The notes beneath the pieces were generated by a model. The model was not told where the DNA came from and searched no databases. It saw only the letters and a list, made by a program, of their open reading frames with translations. The translations under genes and the position numbers were made by a program. A DNA stretch of 64,000 nt from an uncultured Clostridia bacterium (GTDB lineage: Bacteria > Bacillota > Clostridia > Christensenellales > DTU072): NCBI GenBank assembly GCA_944371785.1, contig CALVXZ010000002.1, positions 3,033-67,032 of the forward strand. Direction: 5' to 3'. Below are positions 47,606-56,797 of the stretch, in pieces; the stretch's first letter is position 1; each line of letters begins with the position of its first letter.

Positions 47606-47658
47606 CGAAAAAACTCCCCGTTTCGCTTCAAACACGGCAAAACGGGGAGTCCTTTTTC
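47606..47658. terminator. Bidirectional rho-independent terminator at the left boundary of the phage-like module
   Basis: Perfect 11-bp stem ACTCCCCGTTT/AAACGGGGAGT (47613-47650), flanked by an A-run and a T-run. Confidence 0.65.
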
Positions 47659-47664
47659 GGATTT

Positions 47665-47871
47665 TTATTTAGTTTTAATGATTTGTTTGATCTCGTCGAT
47701 GTCTTCCTTTATCAATTCGACGATCTCCAATTTGTCCGCAAGCGAATTGATAAGGTTTTGGTATTTGGTTTCCCTGGCTTTGCTGTCCTTTATCTGAATG
47801 CAGAACAGAGCCACGAAAAGCATCGCCCAAAGTCCGGAATTAATCGCCGTTTCCCATATTTGTTCCCACAT
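47665..47871 (-). CDS. BhlA/UviB-family holin-like peptide
   Basis: 68 aa with a single N-terminal TM (SGLWAMLFVALFCIQI), then KDSKARETKYQNLINSL and a charged helical tail. This parallels BhlA/UviB (..[28 protein letters not shown]..). The RBS is GGAGG. Confidence 0.65.
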   Translation of the reverse strand: MWEQIWETAINSGLWAMLFVALFCIQIKDSKARETKYQNLINSLADKLEIVELIKEDIDEIKQIIKTK

Positions 47872-48049
47872 CGGTAACCTCCGTCGATAGCAACTCCCCG
47901 TAGAGCGAACTCAGCTCTTTCAGACAGCTCCTGCACAGTCGGAGCCTTGCCGCGGCGGGCGTACCCTGTCGGACTACCTGAAACTCGGCGTAGTTTCCGC
48001 AGCAGCCGTTGTCGCATTTTACCCTTATCGGCATTTTTTCCAATTTCAA
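47840..48049 (-). CDS. Small Cys-rich (putative zinc-ribbon) protein
   Basis: 69 aa with CDNGCC...CRSC. The RBS GGAGGG precedes a TTG start. It overlaps the holin-like gene by 32 nt. Confidence 0.4.
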   Translation of the reverse strand: MKLEKMPIRVKCDNGCCGNYAEFQVVRQGTPAAARLRLCRSCLKELSSLYGELLSTEVTDVGTNMGNGD

Positions 48050-48109
48050 AAAAGATCCCTCCTTCGCTCCGGAGAGCGTTATCTTGTTTGTTCAGTCGGA
48101 TTTTTCGGG

Positions 48110-49168
48110 CTATTGCTTTCTTTCAATGAAATTCCAATAGCCCAATTCGTTGAATTTGTCGGTGCCCAGCAACAACGCCAGATAATCGCGCGATTCTTCT
48201 ATCATTCTGCCGACTTCGTCGGGAGAATACCGCGAATAGAATTCCTTCGCCAAAGCCAGCCGCCTTTGATATTCGGCGGCTTTTTCGGTGCTGACTCCGT
48301 TTTCGCGCTCGAATTCGTTTTCCGCCTTCGCCGCTTCCAATATCGCCTCGTTCCTCTGCAGATACAGATCGGTCAGAAGCTCCTGCCTGTCCTTTTGGTA
48401 TTCGGCTTCGCGTTCCTTTATCTCGGCGTTGTAATCGTTGATCTCCTGCAGCCTTTTTTCTTCCTCGCCGCGCAGTTTCATCACCCCTTCCATAAGTTCC
48501 GCGGCGTACCTCAGATCGAACGCGCTCAGCGCGTTGCGGTATTCGGTTTCAGCCTGTTTCAGTTCCGAATCGATTTTGCGGTATTTAAGGTCGTATTCGG
48601 CGGTGATCGTTTCCAGCTCCTCGGCGGTCTTTTTTCGGATACTCTCGGCGCCCATATCGAAAATAGTGCTGTTCACCAACCCCTGCAGCACCATATTTTC
48701 GGTCAAAGCCGCCGCTTCGGCGCTTGCGGCAAGCCCCAATTCCCGTATAGCTTCGGCTTCGTCCGCCTCTGTTTCGGCGCGCGAAATTTCGGCTGATCCG
48801 GTTTTTTCGTCATAGCGGCTTTCCGCCTCCTCACGCTCCCCGGCATACTTCGCGTCCAATTCCGTCCTGACGGTTTCGGTGATCTCCTCCGAAGTCTTTG
48901 GCTTGTATTCGACGGGCTGAAGATCGAGGCTTTCGGGAATATCGCCGACGTCGTGATAATCGACGTTCAGTTTTTCGGCGCGGTATTTGGCGTCCAATTC
49001 CGTCAACGCCTCTATCAATTCGCGGCTGGAGCCCAATTCGTTGCCTTCGGGCACGTCCGTGTTCGGATCCTTTATTTCGTATTTATCGAAAAAACCGGCG
49101 ACCTTTTCGACGATTTCGTCCAAACCGAACTTGTTTTCCGAATCGGTTTTTTTACTGTTGTTCGCCAT
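48110..49168 (-). CDS. Acidic, predominantly alpha-helical/coiled-coil phage structural protein (function unknown)
   Basis: 352 aa with long E/K/A-rich heptad-like stretches. It occupies the third position after the coat gene. Confidence 0.55.
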   Translation of the reverse strand: MANNSKKTDSENKFGLDEIVEKVAGFFDKYEIKDPNTDVPEGNELGSSRELIEALTELDAKYRAEKLNVDYHDVGDIPESLDLQPVEYKPKTSEEITETVRTELDAKYAGEREEAESRYDEKTGSAEISRAETEADEAEAIRELGLAASAEAAALTENMVLQGLVNSTIFDMGAESIRKKTAEELETITAEYDLKYRKIDSELKQAETEYRNALSAFDLRYAAELMEGVMKLRGEEEKRLQEINDYNAEIKEREAEYQKDRQELLTDLYLQRNEAILEAAKAENEFERENGVSTEKAAEYQRRLALAKEFYSRYSPDEVGRMIEESRDYLALLLGTDKFNELGYWNFIERKQ

Positions 49169-49259
49169 TTCCGCCTCCCGTGCCGACGGCGTCCAATTTC
49201 CTTTCCAGCCGCTTCAGCCTCAATAAAATTTCTTCCAACATTTCCACTACTTCATTCAT
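49152..49259 (-). CDS. 35-aa helical micro-ORF
   Basis: Not in the ORF track (<60 aa). The sequence is MNEVVEMLEEILLRLKRLERKLDAVGTGGGNGEQQ, preceded by AAGGAGGG. Its 3' end overlaps the start of the next gene. Confidence 0.3.
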   Translation of the reverse strand: MNEVVEMLEEILLRLKRLERKLDAVGTGGGNGEQQ

Positions 49260-49268
49260 ACGCCCTCC

Positions 49269-50744
49269 TTATGGCACATACTTTCCGTATTCGTCGAAAC
49301 TGACGACGGCTTCGGATATCCTGATCGGATCCTCGGAACGGAAATACAGGCGTATTTCGCCGCCCGGAGGCGTTTTCAAAGGCGCGAAACTGACTCCGGA
49401 ACCGCCGTAAATTTTAAATTCGTCCGCGCCGTTTTCCGATTCCGCGCCGACGGTGACGGGATAGCCGCTGCCGACGTATACGGAGCGCAGTTTCTTCAAA
49501 GCCTCGGCGTCGCCGGGCTTTACGATCCCCGAACTCCAATATTTTTCGGAAGGAACGCCGTAAAATTTGCCGTCTTCCGTCAAAGATCCCGCGAAAAATC
49601 CGTAATTTCCCGAAAGCGCCAACAAAACGCCTTCCGACAATTCACCCGGAACGGTAGAAAAATCTTCTATGCCGATGCCTCTGACGATGTCCGTCGAATC
49701 GGCTCCGAACGCAAACAAAGCGTTGTTCAGAGTTATCAGCCCTTCGCTGTCTTCAAGTCCCACCTTTTCCGTTCCGAAGGAACGCATTTTACAGCTGAGG
49801 AAGTATTTGTCCATCATATATCCGCCGACGGCGTTTTCTGCGGATTCTATCAGCGGAGTAAATTCGGCGAAAGGTTTTTCGACGGAAGCCGTATCCAGCC
49901 TGTAAATTTCCTCCCCGGCTACGAAATAAATGCTTCTGCCGTCGGAAGCTATCGAACGCGGTCTGACGGGATACGACAAGGTCAGCACTTCTTTTATCGA
50001 AAAATCCTGCGGATCCGCCAGAGCGGTCAGCTTATACACCGAATATTCGCGGAAAACGTAGACTGCGGAACCCATCGAAACGGCTTTCAGCATCCTGCCG
50101 CCAGAACCCATCAGATAGATCTTACCGCCGCCTTCTTCTGGAGCAAACACAAACGGATCCAACAGCTTTGAAAACACCACGGCGTTTTCGTCCGGCAGCA
50201 CCCCGAACACCCTGTCGTAATGTATACAGGCGCCGACTATGCCCGCAGAATCTCCGATCTCTTCCAAACCCGACGTTCCGAATTTGTACATAGCGTTCGG
50301 AGTAAATATCAACGTGTAGTCCTCGCCTTCGGAAAGATAGTTCAAAAAGCTGATCTCGTTCGACAGATCTTTTATCCCCATATAATAAACGAACGATTCT
50401 TCCGGTTCGTCCAAAGAACACGAATAAAACCTTCCGACGTCCGAATACACCAACAATCTGCCGCCGGAAGCTTTGTCGTAATGACGGTGAACGCGCAGAA
50501 TGTTTTCCCCCTCGTTTTGTAAAGACGGCAATCCCTCGCCCGATTTACCCTTTGCGAACTCTATGCCGAACGAATGTTTCAACAGTCCTTCCGATAGCCT
50601 TATATTGTATCCATAGCTACCGATTGAAAGTCTTTTCGGCACAATATCGTTTCTGGAATCGAATCCGGAAAAGGATCCTATGCGATAGGTAAGACGTCGT
50701 ACGGAAGGATATTTTTCGTTTCTGAAGCTACTGTTGAATTTCAT
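49269..50744 (-). CDS. Phage structural protein, beta-rich (possible tail hub/nozzle)
   Basis: 491 aa with a repetitive beta-strand-like pattern and an ATGA overlap with the upstream gene. Its position and size resemble P22 gp10 (472 aa). Confidence 0.55.
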   Translation of the reverse strand: MKFNSSFRNEKYPSVRRLTYRIGSFSGFDSRNDIVPKRLSIGSYGYNIRLSEGLLKHSFGIEFAKGKSGEGLPSLQNEGENILRVHRHYDKASGGRLLVYSDVGRFYSCSLDEPEESFVYYMGIKDLSNEISFLNYLSEGEDYTLIFTPNAMYKFGTSGLEEIGDSAGIVGACIHYDRVFGVLPDENAVVFSKLLDPFVFAPEEGGGKIYLMGSGGRMLKAVSMGSAVYVFREYSVYKLTALADPQDFSIKEVLTLSYPVRPRSIASDGRSIYFVAGEEIYRLDTASVEKPFAEFTPLIESAENAVGGYMMDKYFLSCKMRSFGTEKVGLEDSEGLITLNNALFAFGADSTDIVRGIGIEDFSTVPGELSEGVLLALSGNYGFFAGSLTEDGKFYGVPSEKYWSSGIVKPGDAEALKKLRSVYVGSGYPVTVGAESENGADEFKIYGGSGVSFAPLKTPPGGEIRLYFRSEDPIRISEAVVSFDEYGKYVP

Positions 50745-51274
50745 AGCAATCTCCTTGGCGGAATGTTGAATACCCTGCCGCGTTTGGTGAGGTTATTTAC
50801 TGCGGATTCGAATCTGTTGCGGAAAAATACCGCCTCGTCCAATAACGAGCTCCTGTAGAAATATTCCGCCGCGGCGCCTACCGCAACGACGTATTCGGAA
50901 AACTGCGGCGGCAGAATCAGTTCGTCGCTGTTCTGCGTAGGGATAATGTAATACAAATAATCTATTTCGACTTCCCCCGTGTAATCTTCCGCCTGTATGA
51001 ATTGAGGATATTCGGTAAATTTCAACCGGCCGGCAGGACTTTTTATCGCAAGTATTTCCCTGACGCGGTATTTCAGGTCTTCGTAAAAGATCTTGCCCCT
51101 TTCCGCTTCGGTTTTTTCCTTTGTCCTCAGCGGAATGTATTCGGTAACCATTTCCGTATATACGGTGATCACGGAATCTCGGATCTTGTTATAAATCTGC
51201 ACGGGCATATCCAACAGGGTTTCGTTGACCCCTATTATGGAAGCCACTCGTTCAATGATATCCTGAAGTGTCAT
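50741..51274 (-). CDS. Phage head-completion/adaptor-position protein
   Basis: 177 aa, immediately after the coat gene. Its position and size resemble P22 gp4 (166 aa). Confidence 0.5.
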   Translation of the reverse strand: MTLQDIIERVASIIGVNETLLDMPVQIYNKIRDSVITVYTEMVTEYIPLRTKEKTEAERGKIFYEDLKYRVREILAIKSPAGRLKFTEYPQFIQAEDYTGEVEIDYLYYIIPTQNSDELILPPQFSEYVVAVGAAAEYFYRSSLLDEAVFFRNRFESAVNNLTKRGRVFNIPPRRLL

Positions 51275-51336
51275 TCATCCTCCTTTTTTGCCGGGTGCAC
51301 GGCGCACCCGGCAAAACCGCTGAAAACCTTTAATTT

Positions 51337-52554
51337 TTACGCGCCTGCGGTTTCATCGTCGGTCGTTGCGGAGGTATCGGCGACGGGGTCGGTGATCCCG
51401 TACAATCTGCCTTGCGCCCTCGGGAACGCCGCGACGAAGTTCGCGTATTTTACCAAAGTGGCGGTATATACGGCTTTTCTGTCCAATTGGTTCAGGATAG
51501 AACCTTTTTCGCCTTCCAGCCATTCCCAATCGTTCAACTCCACCAATTTCAAAGACGGAGTATTCAGGAAATACATTTCGCCGTCGGGAGCGAATCTTTC
51601 GCTGACCACGGGCACGCCGTTGAATGACAGAGTTTTGAAACCGCCGTCAAGGTTCAGGTAATCGATGTTCCTGCGGTTTAATTCAAGCTGTTTCAGGTAC
51701 TGACGTCTGGTCTTTGCCGAACAGACTATCATATCGGGTTCAGCGCCCGCCCTCAGGGAAGCCGAATCGAAAAATTCTTGCATTGCGTCTACGGTAAGTT
51801 CGGCGCCGAGATTCTGGGTCATCGGTTTAATGCCGGGATTTGCCGTCTTGTTCACGCCGTAATATGAAACCGCGTCGCCGAAAAGATACGGCAGACCGTT
51901 CACTTCGTTGTCTTTGGACTTCTGAACGTACACCTCGTCGCCGGCTTGCGCGGTAACGGAGCCCATTTCTTCGTGACGGACTATGAACTTTTTGTTCTCG
52001 TGATCGACGTCGTAAACTCTTACGCCGCCTTTCAGCAACGATCCGCTGCGATAGATATCGACTTTCATTCCGCCTGCCAACATTCTGGTGTTGTCGACGG
52101 TGACTTCGGGCATACTTCCCGATTTATAGGACTCCACGGTAGCCAGCAAGCCGTCGCCGTCCATCCAAAGCATTCTGTTCAGGTTAAAGCGCGCGGAGCG
52201 CACCATAGCGCGGATTTCGTTATTCAGAATGCCGACGATGCCCGAAGCGTTGTCGCGCGAAGCGCGCAAAGCCTTATCGGTGATGTCTATGACGCCGTAG
52301 ATATTTTTCAACGGCACGCTGAACGCCGCCCTCATACATTCGCCGGCGTCGGGGAGTTCTCCGGCTTCCTCGGTAGTCCCCAATCCGCCGCAGATACCGT
52401 ACATGGTCGGCACAACGGCTTCCTTACCGCGTATTTCCGCGGCGGTTTTTTCTATTGCCTGATATAACGGGCTGACGCCGGTGTTCAACGAAGCGCAAAT
52501 GGCGTCCAGATAATACGATTTCAATACTGAATCGATGGATTCGACTGATAACAT
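51337..52554 (-). CDS. Phage major capsid (coat) protein
   Basis: 405 aa, directly after the scaffold gene and before the adaptor-like gene. No prohead protease gene is present, which points to a scaffold-dependent assembly type. Confidence 0.7.
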   Translation of the reverse strand: MLSVESIDSVLKSYYLDAICASLNTGVSPLYQAIEKTAAEIRGKEAVVPTMYGICGGLGTTEEAGELPDAGECMRAAFSVPLKNIYGVIDITDKALRASRDNASGIVGILNNEIRAMVRSARFNLNRMLWMDGDGLLATVESYKSGSMPEVTVDNTRMLAGGMKVDIYRSGSLLKGGVRVYDVDHENKKFIVRHEEMGSVTAQAGDEVYVQKSKDNEVNGLPYLFGDAVSYYGVNKTANPGIKPMTQNLGAELTVDAMQEFFDSASLRAGAEPDMIVCSAKTRRQYLKQLELNRRNIDYLNLDGGFKTLSFNGVPVVSERFAPDGEMYFLNTPSLKLVELNDWEWLEGEKGSILNQLDRKAVYTATLVKYANFVAAFPRAQGRLYGITDPVADTSATTDDETAGA

Positions 52555-52557
52555 ATC

Positions 52558-53184
52558 CTATTCTCCTTTCATTTTTTTCAAATGTTCCGCGGCAAGTTTC
52601 CCTGCTTCCGCAATGTTATGCGGTCTCGCGGATATCCCTGCGGGAGAAAGCGCCCTCATAACGGGTATCCTGGGCGGCTGCGCTGTAATTTCCTGCGATT
52701 GCGTTTCGCTTATGCCGATTTCGGCTGTAGCGGCCTCCGAAGATACTGCGTTTGTGCGGCGCACGGATTCGGTCTGTTCGACGGCTGCCGTCGCTTGGTT
52801 TTTTTTCGTTTCGCCGTAGCTGCGACTTGCCAGCACGTTCAGCAACGCTTTTTCCAGGCAGTCCTCGCTGGATATCAGCTGTTGATTTGCCTTCAGATAT
52901 TCGCCGATTTCGCGTCCCAACGTACCGGACACAGGGTACTTGTCGTGCAGCTCCTGCAGCTTTTTTTCCCAAACCTCTTCCTGTTTCCTGGTTTCGAACT
53001 TTCCTTCAAGTTCCTTCAGCCGTTGGGAACGCCTGGTAAATTCGGCTTCCAACGCGTTATAGGCTTTTAAGAGTTCGTCGCCGTTCGAAAACTTTCCGAA
53101 AGAGTCCGTTTTCACCTTGTCGTCCCGATCGGTTGCCGCCGGGGCGGGATTTGATACGGATTGTTCTGTTGCAGTGTTTTCCAT
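52558..53184 (-). CDS. Phage scaffolding protein
   Basis: 208 aa, helical and charged (ELLKAYNALEAEFTRRSQRLKELE), located between portal and coat. Confidence 0.6.
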   Translation of the reverse strand: MENTATEQSVSNPAPAATDRDDKVKTDSFGKFSNGDELLKAYNALEAEFTRRSQRLKELEGKFETRKQEEVWEKKLQELHDKYPVSGTLGREIGEYLKANQQLISSEDCLEKALLNVLASRSYGETKKNQATAAVEQTESVRRTNAVSSEAATAEIGISETQSQEITAQPPRIPVMRALSPAGISARPHNIAEAGKLAAEHLKKMKGE

Positions 53185-53201
53185 TTTGTTTCCTCCCGTT
53201 T

Positions 53202-54965
53202 TTATTGCATTTCCGCCTGCGCCGCCGCTTTTGCGGACAGCGAAGCCAATATTTTATGTTTTCTGACGTGTTTTTCTATCCTTTCCAAGGCTTCCTTGCC
53301 GATATCGGCTCCTGCGGCAAAGGAGCTGTGTTCGGAAATGTGCAAGGCGTGTTCGTCCAATTCGGAAGCGTCCGCGTCCTTTCCCGAATTCATCAGCGCG
53401 TTTTCGCGTTCGGCTTTTTTCAGATGCACTTCTTCGGAGCTTTTTGCCGCTTCCCAATTCCCGAACCCTAACATTTCGACTATCTTTGCGCGGTTACGGT
53501 TGGATATCATTCCGTTTTCGTCACTCAGCAAGCCGTATCTCATCAGCTCCAGCACCATATTTTTTCTGGTGGCAGGCGATTCGACCATTTCGGAATCGGT
53601 TTCCTGCACCACGTCGTCGCCGCCGAGTTCGGAACCGATAAAAGCCACGGCTTCAAGCTCTCCGGAATCGCCGGAGATCAGCACCAGCCTTTTTTTGTCC
53701 GCGAACTGTTTGTAAAGCCGCAGGCTCTGCCTTGCGACCTCCTTTGCGGCGGAGCGGATCGATTCCGTAGTGACGGTCATTCTGGCGTTTTCCTGTTCCA
53801 GCAAAAGACTCAGGGCGTATCCCGACATGGAGGTCAACCCCGAACCGGAAACGCTAAGCACGTTGGAAACGCCCGAAATGCTCCTGAATTCTTCGATGAG
53901 TCTGTCCTCTTCGTCCCTGAATTCGGCGGGCACGGTGCCGGGATTCATCGGAACGGGCGGATTGGAGCCCTGGCGGTAAACGACGACGCGTCCGGGATAA
54001 AAGCCTTCTTCTTCCAACGATTCAACGTCGACGGCACCGTCTTCGACGGCGTAAACTCCGCCCGAAAGCCGCGCCATAAATTCGTGTTTTCTGTTTTTAA
54101 CGGCGTTGTAAGCGCGCTGGACGGGTATCAGGCGTTCTATCAGGCTGGCTCCGAAAAAGCTGCCCGGAGCATTCAGCGCGCACTGTCTGACGAACGGAAA
54201 ACCGCGTTTACCGTTGGCGCCGTTTATGTACGGCAGCGCGCCGTCGTGGATAAGTTTGTCGCCTGCGACTATGGTAAGTCTGCCGTCCGGATCCTCTTTC
54301 GAGGGTGCGGAATACCTTTCCAAAACCAATGCGTAGCCCGTGCGGCAATCGTCCTTACCCAATCTGACGGGATCGCCTTCCAGCCCGTAAATATCGACGT
54401 CTTCGGGCTGAGCTTCGACTCCCCACAATTCGTATATCGCTTCCACGGGGTAGATTTTCGCGTGGATGACGCTCCTCAGCGACGACAGCGACGGCGCGGA
54501 CAAATCGTCGGGATATATCTCCTGCGGAGGGCATACGGCGATCTTTACGCCGCCGTTTTCGTCCCATACCACCTTATAAAAAGCCGTGCCGGTCAGTTCC
54601 GCCCAATAATTTGCCTCGGCAACAAGCGCGGTAAAGTTGTTGTCCCTTAACGTGGCGTCGATGATCTTTCCGGAAAGCTTTGCGGCGTTGATCTCTTTTT
54701 CGTCCGCGCCGGCAGGGCGCACGTTGACCGCGCAGTTCACCCTGGAAAATTTGGCAAGCCGCGTTTCTATGATCGGCGCGATATGATTGTAAATCTCCTT
54801 GTCGCGCCTGTCGTCCGTCACGTCGCCGGCGGGATCCAGAAACACGTTCTGTTTTCCCTGCATAAATTTGATGTTCAGTTTCCATTTCGATTCCTGAAAA
54901 CGGCGGCGGTTTCTCCTCTCCTCGAAGTCCGAACGTATTTCAAGAACCAGATCTTGTGTATCCAT
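53202..54965 (-). CDS. Phage portal protein
   Basis: 587 aa, directly after TerL. The N-terminal region (KWKLNIKFMQGKQN) and overall pattern are portal-like. Confidence 0.75.
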   Translation of the reverse strand: MDTQDLVLEIRSDFEERRNRRRFQESKWKLNIKFMQGKQNVFLDPAGDVTDDRRDKEIYNHIAPIIETRLAKFSRVNCAVNVRPAGADEKEINAAKLSGKIIDATLRDNNFTALVAEANYWAELTGTAFYKVVWDENGGVKIAVCPPQEIYPDDLSAPSLSSLRSVIHAKIYPVEAIYELWGVEAQPEDVDIYGLEGDPVRLGKDDCRTGYALVLERYSAPSKEDPDGRLTIVAGDKLIHDGALPYINGANGKRGFPFVRQCALNAPGSFFGASLIERLIPVQRAYNAVKNRKHEFMARLSGGVYAVEDGAVDVESLEEEGFYPGRVVVYRQGSNPPVPMNPGTVPAEFRDEEDRLIEEFRSISGVSNVLSVSGSGLTSMSGYALSLLLEQENARMTVTTESIRSAAKEVARQSLRLYKQFADKKRLVLISGDSGELEAVAFIGSELGGDDVVQETDSEMVESPATRKNMVLELMRYGLLSDENGMISNRNRAKIVEMLGFGNWEAAKSSEEVHLKKAERENALMNSGKDADASELDEHALHISEHSSFAAGADIGKEALERIEKHVRKHKILASLSAKAAAQAEMQ

Positions 54966-54975
54966 GCTGCCTCCT

Positions 54976-56427
54976 TTAATGTTTTGTAGCGCGTCTTAAA
55001 CGCAGCAATCTTTCTTTGTATAAAGCCGTTTTGGAAAGTTTTTTCCCGCGCGGCTTGTTTTCGGGGCGGGACATTATGAAATAGCGCAATTCGTCCATAG
55101 CGTGGTCGTTGCGCTTTACGGGAGTATCTCCGTTTCCCCACCAATAGCCCTTCAGCTCCTTTATCATCATCGGGCAATCGGAAAAAACGTATATCGCCGG
55201 CGGCCTTTCGGCAAACAGCCGCCGCACTCGGCTGATACCCGAAAACAGATCCTTGTTCACCGACGTGTTGACGGCTATGCCGTTTTCGAAAAAGAGTTCC
55301 GAAACCGATTTTGCCGCAGCCAAAGTGCGCTGATTCGCCGCAGGATCTATCAACGCTTCCAACTTTCCGTCGGCGCGGCGACGCCACCCCAGCCTGTCGG
55401 CAACGCGGAATATTTTTTCGGAATGCGCCTTTACGTCCAGCCCTGCCTCGTAATGTTCGCCCACGACGTAAACCGTTCCGTCGTAGTCGCAGCAATAGAA
55501 ATGACAGGACAGCGGATTTTTTAATCCGGGGTCTATCGATATAGCCGATTGCCATTCGGGCGGAACGTCAAAAGGCTCGATAACGTGTACCGAAGGGTCG
55601 AATTCGGGATACACAAGTCCGCATTCCGCGCGAAACCGCCCGAACCTTCTGGATTCCAATTCCTCTTCCGAAAGCGTGGCGGAAAGCCTGTCTGTTTCCT
55701 CTTTCATCAAAAAAGGATTGTCCGCCCACTCCATTTGCTCCGTCCATATTTCGGGGTCGGAGGCAGAATTCAGATAGATCTCGTCATACACCCAGGTCAG
55801 CCCTTTTAACGGCGTCATCGTCCCGAAGATATCCCCCGACTTGTCCAGGACGCGCATACGGCATTCGTCGTAAATTTCCTTCGGAGGCTCCTCGTCGAAC
55901 CATACGAAATCCAACGAAGCCCCCTGAAAGCATTCCCTGCCCTGCGCCGCCGATTTAAAACCGAGTTTGGATATTCCGCCGAACACGTTTTTTATGTAAA
56001 CCGTGTCGATAACGCCGCCTTCGGGAAAATCCTTTGAACCTTCCGCCATGGTGACGCGCTCTATCCAATCGGGATTCAAGTACCTTAAAACTTTAGCCTG
56101 CGCGACGTCGCGTTGTACTTCGCGGCTGACCGAAACCGCCCAACCGCTGACGTTTTTTCGGTTTTTGCGGTACGGATGACAGCCCCGGCACATCCATACG
56201 GCTTCTACCGCGCCGCATTCGGTTTTACCGCTTCTGTTGCCTCCGAATACCCACCGGTTCCGTGCTTCGGACTTGTGAAAAGCCAACTGTTTCAGATGCA
56301 CCTTTTCGCCCGTATTGTAATCGGCTAGTTTGTTCTTTTCCTTTCTCTGCCTCTGTTCCGCCTCTATCTTCAGCAATCTTTTAACGACTTCCTCTGCGGA
56401 GTCCCGAGTAATATCTTTCCGCGGCAT
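54976..56427 (-). CDS. Phage terminase large subunit
   Basis: Contains Walker A FGGNRSGKT, Walker B LDFVWFDEEP and a C-terminal nuclease motif NDHAMDELRYF. Confidence 0.85.
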   Translation of the reverse strand: MPRKDITRDSAEEVVKRLLKIEAEQRQRKEKNKLADYNTGEKVHLKQLAFHKSEARNRWVFGGNRSGKTECGAVEAVWMCRGCHPYRKNRKNVSGWAVSVSREVQRDVAQAKVLRYLNPDWIERVTMAEGSKDFPEGGVIDTVYIKNVFGGISKLGFKSAAQGRECFQGASLDFVWFDEEPPKEIYDECRMRVLDKSGDIFGTMTPLKGLTWVYDEIYLNSASDPEIWTEQMEWADNPFLMKEETDRLSATLSEEELESRRFGRFRAECGLVYPEFDPSVHVIEPFDVPPEWQSAISIDPGLKNPLSCHFYCCDYDGTVYVVGEHYEAGLDVKAHSEKIFRVADRLGWRRRADGKLEALIDPAANQRTLAAAKSVSELFFENGIAVNTSVNKDLFSGISRVRRLFAERPPAIYVFSDCPMMIKELKGYWWGNGDTPVKRNDHAMDELRYFIMSRPENKPRGKKLSKTALYKERLLRLRRATKH

Positions 56428-56719
56428 CGCGTAAACCGTCCTTTATGTTATTGTCCTCCGCCCTGAGGTAACTGTTTTCGGCGCGTTCGTTGGCAGACTC
56501 GATCTCTTTCAATATCGATTGCATCCTTTCGATCCGGGTACGCTCGGCGTCGTACACCATTCTGACGTCCACGGTCGGATAAGGATAGATCAGCTGTATG
56601 CCGCCGCGGCTGTCACGCAAAGAAAATCTGCCCGTCTCCGCGTCGAAGTGGAGTTCGTATTCGGGGTCGATCTCTTTCAGCCTTGCGGCGACGTCCAGAA
56701 CGTCGTGGGTGATCTTCAT
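56381..56719 (-). CDS. Hypothetical phage protein immediately upstream of terL
   Basis: Start set to the ATG at 56719 (MKITHDVLDV...) with a GGGAGG RBS. 112 aa. It overlaps the terL start by 47 nt. Confidence 0.45.
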   Translation of the reverse strand: MKITHDVLDVAARLKEIDPEYELHFDAETGRFSLRDSRGGIQLIYPYPTVDVRMVYDAERTRIERMQSILKEIESANERAENSYLRAEDNNIKDGLRDAAERYYSGLRRGSR

Positions 56720-56797
56720 AAAACCTCCCGGCATATTCTGCCCGTTTAATTTAAATTCGGCGTATTTTCGCACGCCGTAAGGGATAAAATTTATTTT

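Noticed and set aside
48064-48080. A 12-bp perfect palindrome CGCTCCGGAGCG just upstream of the Cys-rich mini-gene SD, considered as an operator.
   Set aside because: It occurs once, with no partner site or recognisable consensus. It may simply be a small hairpin, and the evidence is insufficient.
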